Shown one piece after another: positions 38,553 through 48,611 of a DNA stretch of 64,000 bases (its first letter is position 1; each line of letters begins with the position of its first letter). Both the position numbers and the translations under genes were made by a program. The stretch lies in the sequence record OM339718.1. The stretch is one strand, 5' to 3'. The notes under the pieces are model-generated. The model did not search any database and was not told the DNA's origin. It saw only the letters and a list, made by a program, of their open reading frames with translations.

Positions 38553-40805
38553 TTGATGATCAGTAAAGTTGTAAAATCGAGCGGTATTACCGAAGAATTT
38601 AGCAAGGATAAGATTTTAAAAGTCATAGAATTTGCGTGTGAGAATACAGAAGCAGATCCACAAGCTATTCTTGATGCTGCAATGTCATCCATTACAGATG
38701 GTATGAACACGAAGGATATCCAAAAGCAAGTTATTAAAGCTGCAACAAATATGATTTCCGTTGAAGAACCGGATTATCAATATGTGGCAGGTCGTTTAAC
38801 TATGTACACCCTTCGTAAGGATGTATATGGACAATTCGACCCAATTTCATTGTATGACCATATTTCTAAATTGGTTGACCTTGGATTTTATGATAAAGAC
38901 CTTCTGAAACAATATTCCCCAGCAGATATTGAATATCTCAATCTTCATATTGATCATTCCCGAGATATGAATTTCACATATGCTGGTGCAATGCAGTTAA
39001 AAGAAAAGTACTTGGTTCGAAATCGAGTAACTAAAGAGATGTACGAAACTCCCCAATTCCTTTATATGGGAATTGCCATGGCTCTGCATCAGAGTGAAAA
39101 AGAAAACCGACTTCAACACGTAATCAACTATTATAATGCGGCTTCTCTATTTAAGATTTCAATCCCAACCCCTATTTTGGGTGGTGCCCGCACCCCAACT
39201 CGCCAATTTAGTTCGTGTGTGAAAATTGAATCTGGTGATTCTCTGAAATCTATTAACGATACGTCCGCATCTATTATTAGCTATATCAGTCAACGTGCTG
39301 GTATTGGTATTAATGCTGGTGCTATTCGTGCTGAGGGTTCACCCATTCGTAACGGCGAAGCAACCCATACCGGCGTAATCCCATTCTACAAGCACTTCCA
39401 TACTGCGGTTAAGAGCTGTTCACAAGGTGCTCTACGTGGTGGCTCTGCTACTCTGAATTACCCTATGTGGCATTTGGAGGTTGAGAAACTGCTTGTATTG
39501 AAGAATAACAAGGGTACTGATGAAACCCGGATCCGGGGTCTTGATTACAGTGTACATATCAACAAGCTGTTTCTAGAGAGATTGCGTGATGATGGGTATA
39601 TCACCCTATTCAGCCCTGACGTTGATTGTGGTCGGTTGTATGAAGACTTCTATGACGCAGATGATACCAAATTTAGGAAACGTTATGCATCACTTGAGAT
39701 GAACCACGTTATACGCAAGAAGCGTATTAAAGCATCTGAATTGTTTACTGCATTTGCGACAGAACGGGCTGGTACTGGTCGGATCTATTGCTTGTTTGTT
39801 GATAACATGAATAAACAGACCCCATACAAAGAAAAGATCAAAATGTCAAATCTTTGTCAAGAGATTTTCTTACCAACTTATGCTATGGGATCAAATCAGG
39901 AAGAAATCGCACTATGTACCCTCTCTGCTATTAACTTGGGTATGATTGAATCGACAGATGATTATCTCGAATTGGCAAGAATCGTCGTTCGTTCTCTCGA
40001 TAATCTGTTGGACTATCAAGATTATCCGGTTAAACAAGCACTCGCTGCAAAAAAACGTCGTGCTCTTGGTGTTGGTGTGGTAAACTTGGCATACTTCTTG
40101 GCTAAGAATTATGTTGGATATAACGACAAAGCTGCCCTTGCTCTGGTACACGAACACATCGAGGCTATGCAGTTCTCCTTGCTACAAGCGTCTATGGAAC
40201 TTGCTAAAGAGCGAGGTCGTAGTGAATGGCACGACAGAACCAAGTGGGCTGATGGTTTGCTTCCAATCGATTGGTATAACAAGAATGTGGACGACCTAAC
40301 CCCAAATGATCTAAAACAAGATTGGGAATGGTTGCGTGGTCAAATCCGAATGTATGGTCTTCGTAATGATACCGTAACTGCACAAATGCCTGCTGAGAGT
40401 AGTTCACAGCTCCTAAATGCAACTAATGGTATCGAACCGGTGCGCTCTCTGGTGAGCGTAAAAGCTTCTAAAGACGGTTCGTTTAATCAGGTTGTTCCAG
40501 ATGTAGAATTCCTTGCTGATGAATATGAACCTCTGTGGAAAATGGTTAATCGTGGTGGGATGACTGGTTATCTGTCTATATGTGCTGTCATCCAAAAATT
40601 CTTCGACCAAGGTATTAGTGCGAACACTAGTTATATCCCATCAAATTATGAAGACAACAAACTCCCTATTCACGTTATTCTTCGTGATGTTGTCTTTGCT
40701 AATAAGTATGGAATGAAATCCCTTTACTATCATAATACTCGTGATGGTAGTGAAGAAGGGATTGAAGTAACCAAAGAAGCTGATTGTGCTGGTTGCAGTA
40801 TTTAA
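38553..40805 (+). CDS. nrdA: Class Ia ribonucleotide reductase alpha subunit
   Basis: ATP cone, FSSCV, SNLCQEI, ALCTL, LYYHN, C-terminal CAGC; extended -10 TGGTATAAT at 38518. Confidence 0.98.
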   Translation: MMISKVVKSSGITEEFSKDKILKVIEFACENTEADPQAILDAAMSSITDGMNTKDIQKQVIKAATNMISVEEPDYQYVAGRLTMYTLRKDVYGQFDPISLYDHISKLVDLGFYDKDLLKQYSPADIEYLNLHIDHSRDMNFTYAGAMQLKEKYLVRNRVTKEMYETPQFLYMGIAMALHQSEKENRLQHVINYYNAASLFKISIPTPILGGARTPTRQFSSCVKIESGDSLKSINDTSASIISYISQRAGIGINAGAIRAEGSPIRNGEATHTGVIPFYKHFHTAVKSCSQGALRGGSATLNYPMWHLEVEKLLVLKNNKGTDETRIRGLDYSVHINKLFLERLRDDGYITLFSPDVDCGRLYEDFYDADDTKFRKRYASLEMNHVIRKKRIKASELFTAFATERAGTGRIYCLFVDNMNKQTPYKEKIKMSNLCQEIFLPTYAMGSNQEEIALCTLSAINLGMIESTDDYLELARIVVRSLDNLLDYQDYPVKQALAAKKRRALGVGVVNLAYFLAKNYVGYNDKAALALVHEHIEAMQFSLLQASMELAKERGRSEWHDRTKWADGLLPIDWYNKNVDDLTPNDLKQDWEWLRGQIRMYGLRNDTVTAQMPAESSSQLLNATNGIEPVRSLVSVKASKDGSFNQVVPDVEFLADEYEPLWKMVNRGGMTGYLSICAVIQKFFDQGISANTSYIPSNYEDNKLPIHVILRDVVFANKYGMKSLYYHNTRDGSEEGIEVTKEADCAGCSI

Positions 40806-40847
40806 TTTTCGTAGGGGCGAAAGCCCCTTTTCTCCAAGGATTTAAAA

Positions 40848-41975
40848 ATGAGTTCAACTGTTTTCAATAAAGAAATTATCGACCACACAAAACAATATAT
40901 GTTCTTCGGTGAGTCTCCAAACGTACAACGATTTGATACCATGAACACCCGAACTTTCTATGAGTTGATGGATCGTCAATTAAGCCTGTTCTGGCGACCG
41001 ACTGAGGTAGATCTTAGTAAAGATACTATTGAGTTTCAGCAATTATCTGACCATGCCAAACATGTTTTCACTCAGAACCTGTTTGTTCAATCCCTACTAG
41101 ACTCAATCCAAGGTCGTGGGCCTAATTTGGTATTGCTTCCTCACGTTAGTGATGTTACTCTAGAGAACTTCATTACCGCTTGGACAATGACAGAAGGTAA
41201 CCTTCATAGCGATTCATATACCCATATCGTTCGTGCCGTTTATACAGACCCAACCGTTGTTTTTGATGGTGTTATGTTGACCCCTCAGATCATGAAACGT
41301 GCTGAGTCTATTACCAAGTATTACGACGATGTTATAAAAGAATCCGATATGCTTACTGCAATGCGTATCATGAATATGGATGAGGGTCTGCAAAAGCTAC
41401 AACTGACTAAGCTTAAAGAAGCCCTTTATTTGTGTGTCCATACAATTAACGCACTTGAAGCCATTCGGTTCTATGTCAGTTTTGTCTGTAACTTCTCTTT
41501 CCCGGAATTCACTGGGATGATGGAAGGTAGTGCCAAGATCATGCGTCTAATCGCCCGTGACGAAGCAGTACACCTTAAGGCAACCCAGACTATCCTACAT
41601 CGCTGGCAAAGCGGTAAAGACGACCCAGAGATGGTAGAAATCGCGAAACGGCTTGAACCTATTGCTGTTAAGATTTTTGAAGATGTGGTAGATCAAGAAA
41701 AAGAATGGGCTAATTACCTTTTTGGTGATAAGGCTCTTAATGGTCTTACTGCTAAAAATCTTTGCGATTATATCGAGTATCTTTCTGATAACCGAATGCG
41801 GGCGGCTGGTCTCCCTAGTTCGTATGCGAAGAGAAAGAACCCTCTGCCATGGGTAACTAAGTGGCTGAACTCTGAATCTGTTCAGGTTGCCCCCCAAGAG
41901 GTGGAAGTGTCTGAATATCTGTCTGCGGTTGTTGCGGACTTGAGCAAAGAGAAACTAGCTTCTCTTGATGTATAA
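40848..41975 (+). CDS. nrdB: Class Ia ribonucleotide reductase beta subunit
   Basis: FWRPTEVDL, LLDSIQGRGP, HSDSYTHI, LEAIRFYVSF, RDEAVH, VAPQEVE; uninterrupted. Confidence 0.97.
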   Translation: MSSTVFNKEIIDHTKQYMFFGESPNVQRFDTMNTRTFYELMDRQLSLFWRPTEVDLSKDTIEFQQLSDHAKHVFTQNLFVQSLLDSIQGRGPNLVLLPHVSDVTLENFITAWTMTEGNLHSDSYTHIVRAVYTDPTVVFDGVMLTPQIMKRAESITKYYDDVIKESDMLTAMRIMNMDEGLQKLQLTKLKEALYLCVHTINALEAIRFYVSFVCNFSFPEFTGMMEGSAKIMRLIARDEAVHLKATQTILHRWQSGKDDPEMVEIAKRLEPIAVKIFEDVVDQEKEWANYLFGDKALNGLTAKNLCDYIEYLSDNRMRAAGLPSSYAKRKNPLPWVTKWLNSESVQVAPQEVEVSEYLSAVVADLSKEKLASLDV

Positions 41976-42035
41976 ATAGATGAAAGGGAACCAAATCGGT
42001 TCCCTTTCTTGTTTTTAAAAGAAAAGGTATGTAAA

Positions 42036-43865
42036 ATGAATCTTTATAAAGAAGTAATGGAAATTGTTCACGATTCTTCGTCCGGTTTGGCTAAAGAAAA
42101 TGCAAATAAAGATCTGAAAATATTCGTGACGAAGAGAGATGCGCTTGCTTCTGCTGTTAGTAAAGAATTTGCAAAAGAATTTATTCCGGTTGATGTTCTG
42201 GAAGCACACAATGAAGGTATCATCCACTATCATGATCTTGGATATAGTCCTCTCCTACCGTTCTTTAATTGTATGCTGATCAACGTAAAGGATATGTTCG
42301 ACAAAGGGTTCACTATGTCTAGTGCTAAGATCAGTAAACCTAAGAACATTAAAACAGCAACTACCCTCATTTCTCAGATCATATGCTCTGTTGCTAATCA
42401 CATATACGGTGGTAATACTGTCGCGGATATTGATATTCTCTTAGCTGAATATGTGAAAATGGATTATGACAAACTTTGTAACGAAGCTGATTATTATAAA
42501 ATCCCAGACAAACATTCCTACGTAGAAAATAAAATCAGAAAGATTGTATATGATGCGATCCAAACACTGGAATATCAGATTAATTCATTAAGTACTTCAC
42601 AGGGACAAACTCCGTTTACCACATTGTCTTTCGGATTGGGGGATACCCCAGAAGCAAAATTGATCCAAGAAACAATTCTACAAGTTAGAATCGATGGTCT
42701 TGGTTCCGATAATGAAACTCCTGTATTTCCAAAGCTGGTATTCATCCTTAAAGATGGTCATAATCTTAAACCATCGGATCCTTTCTATGACGTCAAGCTG
42801 AAAGCCTTACTATGTTCCTCAAAAAGGATGTATCCGGATATCATCAGTTATGACCAAGTTGTAAAGGTTACTGGTGGACTGGTCTCCCCTATGGGATGTA
42901 GAAGTTACCTAAATCCATGGAAAAACGAGCATGGTGAATATGAATATAATGGTCGTCAAAATCTTGGAGTTGTAACGCTGAACCTCCCTAGGATCGCCCT
43001 AGAAGTTGGTGGAGATAAGAAATTGTTCTTTGCCCTTCTTGAGGAACGAATGGAATTGGTGAAGAAAGCTCTTGTATCGCGTATAGAGAGATTTAAAGGT
43101 GTTAAAGCATCGTGTGCCCCCATATTGTATATGAATGGTGCTGTAGCTCGTTTAAACGCAAATGATGAGATATATCCTCTTTTCCAAAACGGGCGTTCTT
43201 CCGTTTCCTGTGGGTATATTGGTTTGCATGAAGTAAGTGAGATTGTGAAATTCAATGATGATTCTCACATTTTCGGAAACGAAGAAAAGAAAGAATTTTG
43301 TATTTCTATTCTTCGAAAGATGAAATATATAACAGACCGGTGGACAGATGAAACAGGCTTTGCATTTTCATTATATGGAACACCTTCCGAATCTCTTTGT
43401 AAGCGTTTCGTTGATATCGACGAAACGAAATATCCTCATATGGTTCATGAAAAAGGATATTACACGAATAGTTTCCATCTTGACGTTGAGTATAAAACAG
43501 ACCCATACCACAAGATCCTGTTTGAACGAGATTTCATTACATATTCGAAAGGTGGCTTTATTTCATATGGTGAATTCCCAAATATGAAAAATAACTTAAA
43601 GGCACTTGAAGATGTTTGGGATTTTGCGTATCAAAATACCCCGTATTATGGGACAAATACCCCAATCGACCAGTGTTTTGAATGTGGTTATCATGGGGAA
43701 ATGGTTCCTACCTCCAAGGGTTATGAATGTCCATCATGTGGAAACCACGACGGTAGTAAATTGGATGTTAAGCGTAGAGTTTGTGGATATCTTGGTGATG
43801 TAGAAAAACGTCCGTTGAACGAAGGTAAACATAAAGAATCCATCAGAAGGGTAAAACATCTATGA
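42036..43865 (+). CDS. nrdD: Anaerobic (class III) ribonucleotide reductase
   Basis: ENANKD, GQTPFTTLSFG, MGCRSYL, Zn CxxC pairs, glycyl radical motif RVCGYLG; uninterrupted. Confidence 0.97.
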   Translation: MNLYKEVMEIVHDSSSGLAKENANKDLKIFVTKRDALASAVSKEFAKEFIPVDVLEAHNEGIIHYHDLGYSPLLPFFNCMLINVKDMFDKGFTMSSAKISKPKNIKTATTLISQIICSVANHIYGGNTVADIDILLAEYVKMDYDKLCNEADYYKIPDKHSYVENKIRKIVYDAIQTLEYQINSLSTSQGQTPFTTLSFGLGDTPEAKLIQETILQVRIDGLGSDNETPVFPKLVFILKDGHNLKPSDPFYDVKLKALLCSSKRMYPDIISYDQVVKVTGGLVSPMGCRSYLNPWKNEHGEYEYNGRQNLGVVTLNLPRIALEVGGDKKLFFALLEERMELVKKALVSRIERFKGVKASCAPILYMNGAVARLNANDEIYPLFQNGRSSVSCGYIGLHEVSEIVKFNDDSHIFGNEEKKEFCISILRKMKYITDRWTDETGFAFSLYGTPSESLCKRFVDIDETKYPHMVHEKGYYTNSFHLDVEYKTDPYHKILFERDFITYSKGGFISYGEFPNMKNNLKALEDVWDFAYQNTPYYGTNTPIDQCFECGYHGEMVPTSKGYECPSCGNHDGSKLDVKRRVCGYLGDVEKRPLNEGKHKESIRRVKHL

Positions 43866-44335
43866 AAATTATTGACTATAAGTCAGTTGATGTGGTGAAC
43901 GGGTTTGGAACCCGTTCTTCAATTTGGTTCTCTGGTTGCGACCATATGTGTAAAGGTTGCTTCTCAAAAAACACTTGGAATTATGATAATGGGTCTGACA
44001 TTGACATTTATAAACTAGTTGACAATGACATGAACGACCCAATTATAAAGCGGGATGGTATTTCCTTGCTGGGTGGGGATCCTTTATTTCACAAGAATCG
44101 TGGTGGGGTTCTTAGATTCGTTGCTTGGTTCAAAGATAAATACCCCGAAAAAACGATCTGGATGTGGACAGGGTATACAAAAGATGAAATCTCAAAAGAT
44201 GTATCCATGTGTGGTATAATCAGATTCATAGACGTACTAATCGATGGGAAATTTGAAGAAGATAAGAAAGACCCAGACCTTAAATGGCGAGGTTCGTCTA
44301 ATCAAATTATACATCTACTCAATAAGGAAAAATAA
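43862..44335 (+). CDS. nrdG: Anaerobic RNR activase (radical SAM)
   Basis: GCDHMCKGCFS (CxxxCxxC), LLGGDPL, WRGSSNQ. Confidence 0.96.
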   Translation: MKIIDYKSVDVVNGFGTRSSIWFSGCDHMCKGCFSKNTWNYDNGSDIDIYKLVDNDMNDPIIKRDGISLLGGDPLFHKNRGGVLRFVAWFKDKYPEKTIWMWTGYTKDEISKDVSMCGIIRFIDVLIDGKFEEDKKDPDLKWRGSSNQIIHLLNKEK

Positions 44336-44336
44336 A

Positions 44337-44606
44337 ATGATTACCATTTTTGGTTTCGACCCTGATAATTACAAATGTGTCCCGTGCATCAAAGCGAAAA
44401 AATTTGCAGATACGAAAAAGCTTGATTACGTTTTCAAACCAATTCTAAAAACCGGTACATCAGAAGAATCTCGTTCCAATAAGAAGGAACTCGGGGAACG
44501 TCGTAAAGCACTTGGTCTTGAAATTACAGGTTTCACCATGCCACAAATTTTCATTGGTGATGTTCTTATTGGTGGCTTTGATGAGTTGAGAAATTATGAA
44601 TTCTGA
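44337..44606 (+). CDS. nrdC: NrdC thioredoxin/glutaredoxin
   Basis: IFGFDPDNYKCVPC, FTMPQIF, IGGFDELR. Confidence 0.88.
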   Translation: MITIFGFDPDNYKCVPCIKAKKFADTKKLDYVFKPILKTGTSEESRSNKKELGERRKALGLEITGFTMPQIFIGDVLIGGFDELRNYEF

Positions 44607-44820
44607 TATCATTCTACCAAACCTGAATTACTCTAAACTGACATATGACAGTGTGTTTTCTTTCTTTTATGGTCGCAAATTCAGACTCATTGATCTGAAT
44701 ACGTTAGAATTGATTATCCATCATATGAATGAAAACTATCCATCTAATGAGGATATTCCTAGGCTAGTCTCTTGGCATTCTGCATTGCGAAACGGGTTTG
44801 CTATGAGAGGTGAGTTGTAA
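44596..44820 (+). CDS. Hypothetical protein (74 aa)
   Basis: ORF coupled to both neighbours. Confidence 0.65.
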   Translation: MNSDIILPNLNYSKLTYDSVFSFFYGRKFRLIDLNTLELIIHHMNENYPSNEDIPRLVSWHSALRNGFAMRGEL

Positions 44821-45101
44821 TGTTTGTTGAAATCTATGGAGTTCCGGAAGATATTGCAAAATGCGCCGGTTGTATCGACTCTATTAGATTTTGTATTGAA
44901 AACGGGTATGAATATGAACTCATACCCGTTCTTTCTAAATCTAATAATAGTTTGGGATTTGATTATATAATCGAAAAATTTGATGAAATAAAAACCAGAG
45001 CAAATCTTCCGTATCGTCCTACATCATTTCCTAGAATATTTGTTGATGGTCGATATATTGGGTCTCTGAAACAACTAAGGGACTTATATGGCGATCATTA
45101 G
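44820..45101 (+). CDS. nrdH: NrdH glutaredoxin-like protein
   Basis: EIYGVPEDIAKCAGC, FPRIFVDG, similar to T4 NrdH. Confidence 0.85.
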   Translation: MFVEIYGVPEDIAKCAGCIDSIRFCIENGYEYELIPVLSKSNNSLGFDYIIEKFDEIKTRANLPYRPTSFPRIFVDGRYIGSLKQLRDLYGDH

Positions 45102-45693
45102 AAAAGAACAAGACCGGGAAGTAAAAGAGAAACTGACCGAAAGTGATATACAGGGGTATTTTGGTACATATTTCCCAATGCAGAAGAAGTATGACCTGAT
45201 AGTACCAAACTGCTTTTACACCCATGACCTAGAAGCTGATTTGTTGGCCTTTAGGAAAAGCGGGTTTCGGGATGAGTTTGAGATCAAGATCAGTAGAGCC
45301 GATTTCAAGAACGACGCCAAGAAAATGGTTAAAATTTGGCCTGAGAGAGATAACGGTAGAAGATACAAAGCCGACCTTGAAGAGATGACCAAATATGAAG
45401 CACTAGAAAAAGGTAGACTTCTCAACTATTTCTGGTATATTGTTCCACATGGATTGATAACCCCAGAAGAAATACCTACATTTGCCGGATTGATGTATAT
45501 AGAAACTGTCAATAGACACAATCAAAAATATCAATTTAGGGTAATTAAAGACGCCAAGCGTCTCCATGGTAATAAATCTTCACAAGAAGACTATGACAAG
45601 TCTCTCAGGAAACTTGGGTATCGTTATTGGAATCTTGTTGAAAAGAACATAAAAAATAAGCATGATGGAAAGCAAAATGAAATTGACTCGTGA
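45088..45693 (+). CDS. MmcB-like PD-(D/E)xK nuclease-fold protein
   Basis: EADLL...FEIKISRADFKND...K, FWYIVP...EEIP.FAGLMY. Confidence 0.7.
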   Translation: MAIIRKEQDREVKEKLTESDIQGYFGTYFPMQKKYDLIVPNCFYTHDLEADLLAFRKSGFRDEFEIKISRADFKNDAKKMVKIWPERDNGRRYKADLEEMTKYEALEKGRLLNYFWYIVPHGLITPEEIPTFAGLMYIETVNRHNQKYQFRVIKDAKRLHGNKSSQEDYDKSLRKLGYRYWNLVEKNIKNKHDGKQNEIDS

Positions 45694-45937
45694 AAATTAT
45701 ATTAGTATCCAGAACTTGTGCAAGCGACACATTATTGAGAGCGTTGAAGTTCGGATCGAAAATAAAAATATTGTTACTGAAAAATTCCTAGACGTTATTG
45801 TTAACTTCATGGCAAAAGAAACTGCACATATTGGAAATATCCACAAGAACAAATTACGCGAAATTGCGGTTGGGTATATTCTTGAGGTATATGGCGCGGA
45901 GTCTTTTGGAGTTGATAATGGGATCGCTAAACGTTGA
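45662..45937 (+). CDS. 55.2: gp55.2-like protein
   Basis: REIAVGYILEVYGAESFGV resembles T4 55.2 (RELLVQYILSEFDVKAFGV, from memory); near gene 55. Confidence 0.55.
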   Translation: MMESKMKLTRENYISIQNLCKRHIIESVEVRIENKNIVTEKFLDVIVNFMAKETAHIGNIHKNKLREIAVGYILEVYGAESFGVDNGIAKR

Positions 45938-47372
45938 GATTTTGACATCGGTCCCCGGTAGTGGAAAAACAAAAGCAATTCTAAAACATGTTGGTCGGAG
46001 TCGAAAACCGACCATTATTGCATCAATTTCCTGTCAGTTATCTAAACAATCTTATGATTTCTTTACAATGACCCTTGGTTATGATAACGCAATCATCTTA
46101 GATACTGACAATATTAAAAAACGGGCATCGGTATATGATTCTATAAAGGAATCTATTGGGAAGTATCGGGTTATTTTTATTACCCATTCGGCATTAATGA
46201 ACTTTCCTCATTTTGATTTATTTGAAGGTCATGAGCTTTATATAGATGAAGTTCCTGATATGGTCGATCTTCGTCAGGTTCAATTCAAGACAAACATCGA
46301 CGTTGTTTCAAGATACTGTGACATTGCTAGTAATGGTCGTATGACCGTCGTGGAAAAGCATAGAAAGACTCTTGAAGAAATTGCTATGGATGGTATGCAT
46401 AACCTAGACGTCGTGTCTAATAGCGTATTCCCTTTGGTTAAAGCACTATTAACTGACATCCCAGTAATTATTAAGGATAGCTGTGCTTATTTTGTTGAAG
46501 ATATGAGCACCCAATCATGGGAATTGTTTACAAAAATCACAATTGCTTGTGCAAATTTTCGAGAAACATTTACGGGTGTTGTTCTTAAAGAATATGCTGG
46601 TTGGGAATTTGTAGAAAGTCCTTTGGTTTCCGATTTGGATTTCAGAAACTACAAGAACACTCAACGAATTGAGATTATACCTATGTATGACGGGAATTGG
46701 TCTCGATATGCATCCGATATAGAAATTGGTGGTGAAACCGTATACAATAAAGTAAAAGATATTGTTTATAATGTGGTTGGTCCGGTTAACTACATATACA
46801 CAACAAACTCATATAGAGGTCCATTGAATGGCGGGACTAAGATCCCATATAATCCACATGGGATGAACAATTATATGAACTTTTCAACTGCGGTTGCGTT
46901 ATTCTCTTATAACCCAAGCCCATGGCAGTTGGAGTTGTTGAAGTCTCTTAGTTATAATCAGGGTCTGGATGTAGACCATCTGACAAACGCATTCTTGGTT
47001 TCGAAATATCTAGAGCCAGCTTTCCAACTTTGTTTGAGAACTGACATTCGAAATAATAAAAGTATGTCTCCGGTTAGGCTTATTGTTCCTGATATGAGGG
47101 TTGCTGAATATCTCAAGAATAAGTATCTTCCAGACGCAAATATCGATTGTTCATTGATGATTTTCGCAGAAAAGGAAAGAAAGCCCAGAAAGAAAGAAAC
47201 TACCCCAAGAGCTAGGAAAGAGAGTTTTAAATCTATATTTGGTCTGGATAATAAAGAGCAATCAGCATTGTCATATTATCAGAAGCAGATAGGACGTAAA
47301 TTATCTGTCTTGGAGCCAACCGATATTGCTTTGGTTTCAGATTGGATTTCCACCCGTCGTAAATCAAAATAA
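45918..47372 (+). CDS. SF2-helicase-like protein (~484 aa), not a T4 core gene
   Basis: Motif I SVPGSGKT, Ib IFITHSAL, II YIDEVPD, V-like HGMNNY, VI-like QLCLRTDIR; basic C-term. Start re-placed at MGSLN. Confidence 0.7.
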   Translation: MGSLNVEILTSVPGSGKTKAILKHVGRSRKPTIIASISCQLSKQSYDFFTMTLGYDNAIILDTDNIKKRASVYDSIKESIGKYRVIFITHSALMNFPHFDLFEGHELYIDEVPDMVDLRQVQFKTNIDVVSRYCDIASNGRMTVVEKHRKTLEEIAMDGMHNLDVVSNSVFPLVKALLTDIPVIIKDSCAYFVEDMSTQSWELFTKITIACANFRETFTGVVLKEYAGWEFVESPLVSDLDFRNYKNTQRIEIIPMYDGNWSRYASDIEIGGETVYNKVKDIVYNVVGPVNYIYTTNSYRGPLNGGTKIPYNPHGMNNYMNFSTAVALFSYNPSPWQLELLKSLSYNQGLDVDHLTNAFLVSKYLEPAFQLCLRTDIRNNKSMSPVRLIVPDMRVAEYLKNKYLPDANIDCSLMIFAEKERKPRKKETTPRARKESFKSIFGLDNKEQSALSYYQKQIGRKLSVLEPTDIALVSDWISTRRKSK

Positions 47373-47424
47373 AAAACATGCATACTGTGTGTTATAATAA
47401 ATCATAAAACGATGAGGTGTAATA

Positions 47425-47976
47425 ATGGCTGTATACGTAGATAATCAAAAACTGATTGCTGATATAGTTCAGTGGAAAAAAGACCGAGAAGACCCGACGA
47501 AAAAAATGTCTGATTCTCTCGGAGAAGCAATAATGAATATTGTGCAAGGATGTACAGAATATTATAGATTTAGACGAATGACCCCGATATGGAAAGAAAA
47601 CCTTGTCCTCGAAGCACAAGAGATCCTTATCAGAAAAATCCATAAATTTGACGAAAAGTCCTTTGGTAATGCACACGCTTATGTTACAATGATTGCAATG
47701 CGGGCATTCTTTGACGAACTAAAGAGAGAGAAGAAAAAGGAAGCTACCAAAAACAGATATTTCGTTGAATGTGTTTACGATTCAGACGACGACGATATGG
47801 CTGAAATGGTAGACCCTGATTTTTATCTTGACTTGGTTGGTAAAGTCAACGAATATGAAGAATCTATAAAGAAAGCGGATAAAGAAAAAGAAGAACAAGT
47901 CGGGGAACTTGATTGGCTATATGATTACGAAGAAAATCAAGAGGATGACGACAATGAAACGTTACCTGACAATTGA
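47425..47976 (+). CDS. 55: Late sigma factor gp55
   Basis: YVDNQKL, LGEAIMNI, NAHAYVTMIAMRAF, KKEATKNRYF, acidic tail. Confidence 0.96.
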   Translation: MAVYVDNQKLIADIVQWKKDREDPTKKMSDSLGEAIMNIVQGCTEYYRFRRMTPIWKENLVLEAQEILIRKIHKFDEKSFGNAHAYVTMIAMRAFFDELKREKKKEATKNRYFVECVYDSDDDDMAEMVDPDFYLDLVGKVNEYEESIKKADKEKEEQVGELDWLYDYEENQEDDDNETLPDN

Positions 47977-48175
47977 TCTTCTTGATTTACTTGAATATAG
48001 TGAATATGATATAAAAGCAATGCAATATATCCTGATGGTGGAATTGAAGAGTTCTGGGTTTCCAATCGACTTCGATTATACAAACCCACATAATCCAAAA
48101 CCATCTCTTGTTCGTGGTACAATTAAAACAGAATCAACCGATAATATAAAACTGGAATATAAATTCGATGAATGA
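47954..48175 (+). CDS. a-gt.5-like conserved protein
   Basis: Position after 55 and pattern LT..L......IKAMQ.IL...LK..G.PI; start re-placed at MKRYL. Confidence 0.55.
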   Translation: MKRYLTIDLLDLLEYSEYDIKAMQYILMVELKSSGFPIDFDYTNPHNPKPSLVRGTIKTESTDNIKLEYKFDE

Positions 48176-48557
48176 ACAACAAGAATTGTCTACTGTAGTA
48201 GATGAAGTTATTGAAGAAAATAACTCTGGTGTGAAACTGACTGAATATCAACAAAAGATGGTAGAGAAGTTGGCTAAAAAACACTATAAGAAGCATGAAA
48301 AAGAAATCAAACGTCTTAGCTCCCACGCTCGCGACTGTCTGATCACTGCGAATAAAGAAGGTTATATCTATTCCATTGAGAAACTTCGTTTTATCTCACA
48401 GCAACCAAAGCTGGACCGCGAGACTCTAGAAACTCTGTACTTGACTTCGAAACAACAAACAGATAAAATTCTGTTCGATGCTTTCAAACAAGCTGAACAA
48501 GAAACATATCTAGTGCCACGGTCTGAGGGTAAAACAACCCCAGTATGTGCAGCTTAA
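48168..48557 (+). CDS. a-gt.4-like conserved protein
   Basis: EIKRLSSHAR...YIYSIEKLRFISQQP pattern; synteny 55 - a-gt.5 - a-gt.4 - 47. Confidence 0.75.
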   Translation: MNEQQELSTVVDEVIEENNSGVKLTEYQQKMVEKLAKKHYKKHEKEIKRLSSHARDCLITANKEGYIYSIEKLRFISQQPKLDRETLETLYLTSKQQTDKILFDAFKQAEQETYLVPRSEGKTTPVCAA

Positions 48558-48611
48558 TGAACCACCAGACCCATCCTAAACCGGGTGGGTCTTTTTGATT
48601 ATGAGGTTAAA

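Noticed and set aside
40848-43865. Group I introns in nrdB or nrdD as in T4
   Set aside because: Both ORFs are uninterrupted and of normal length.
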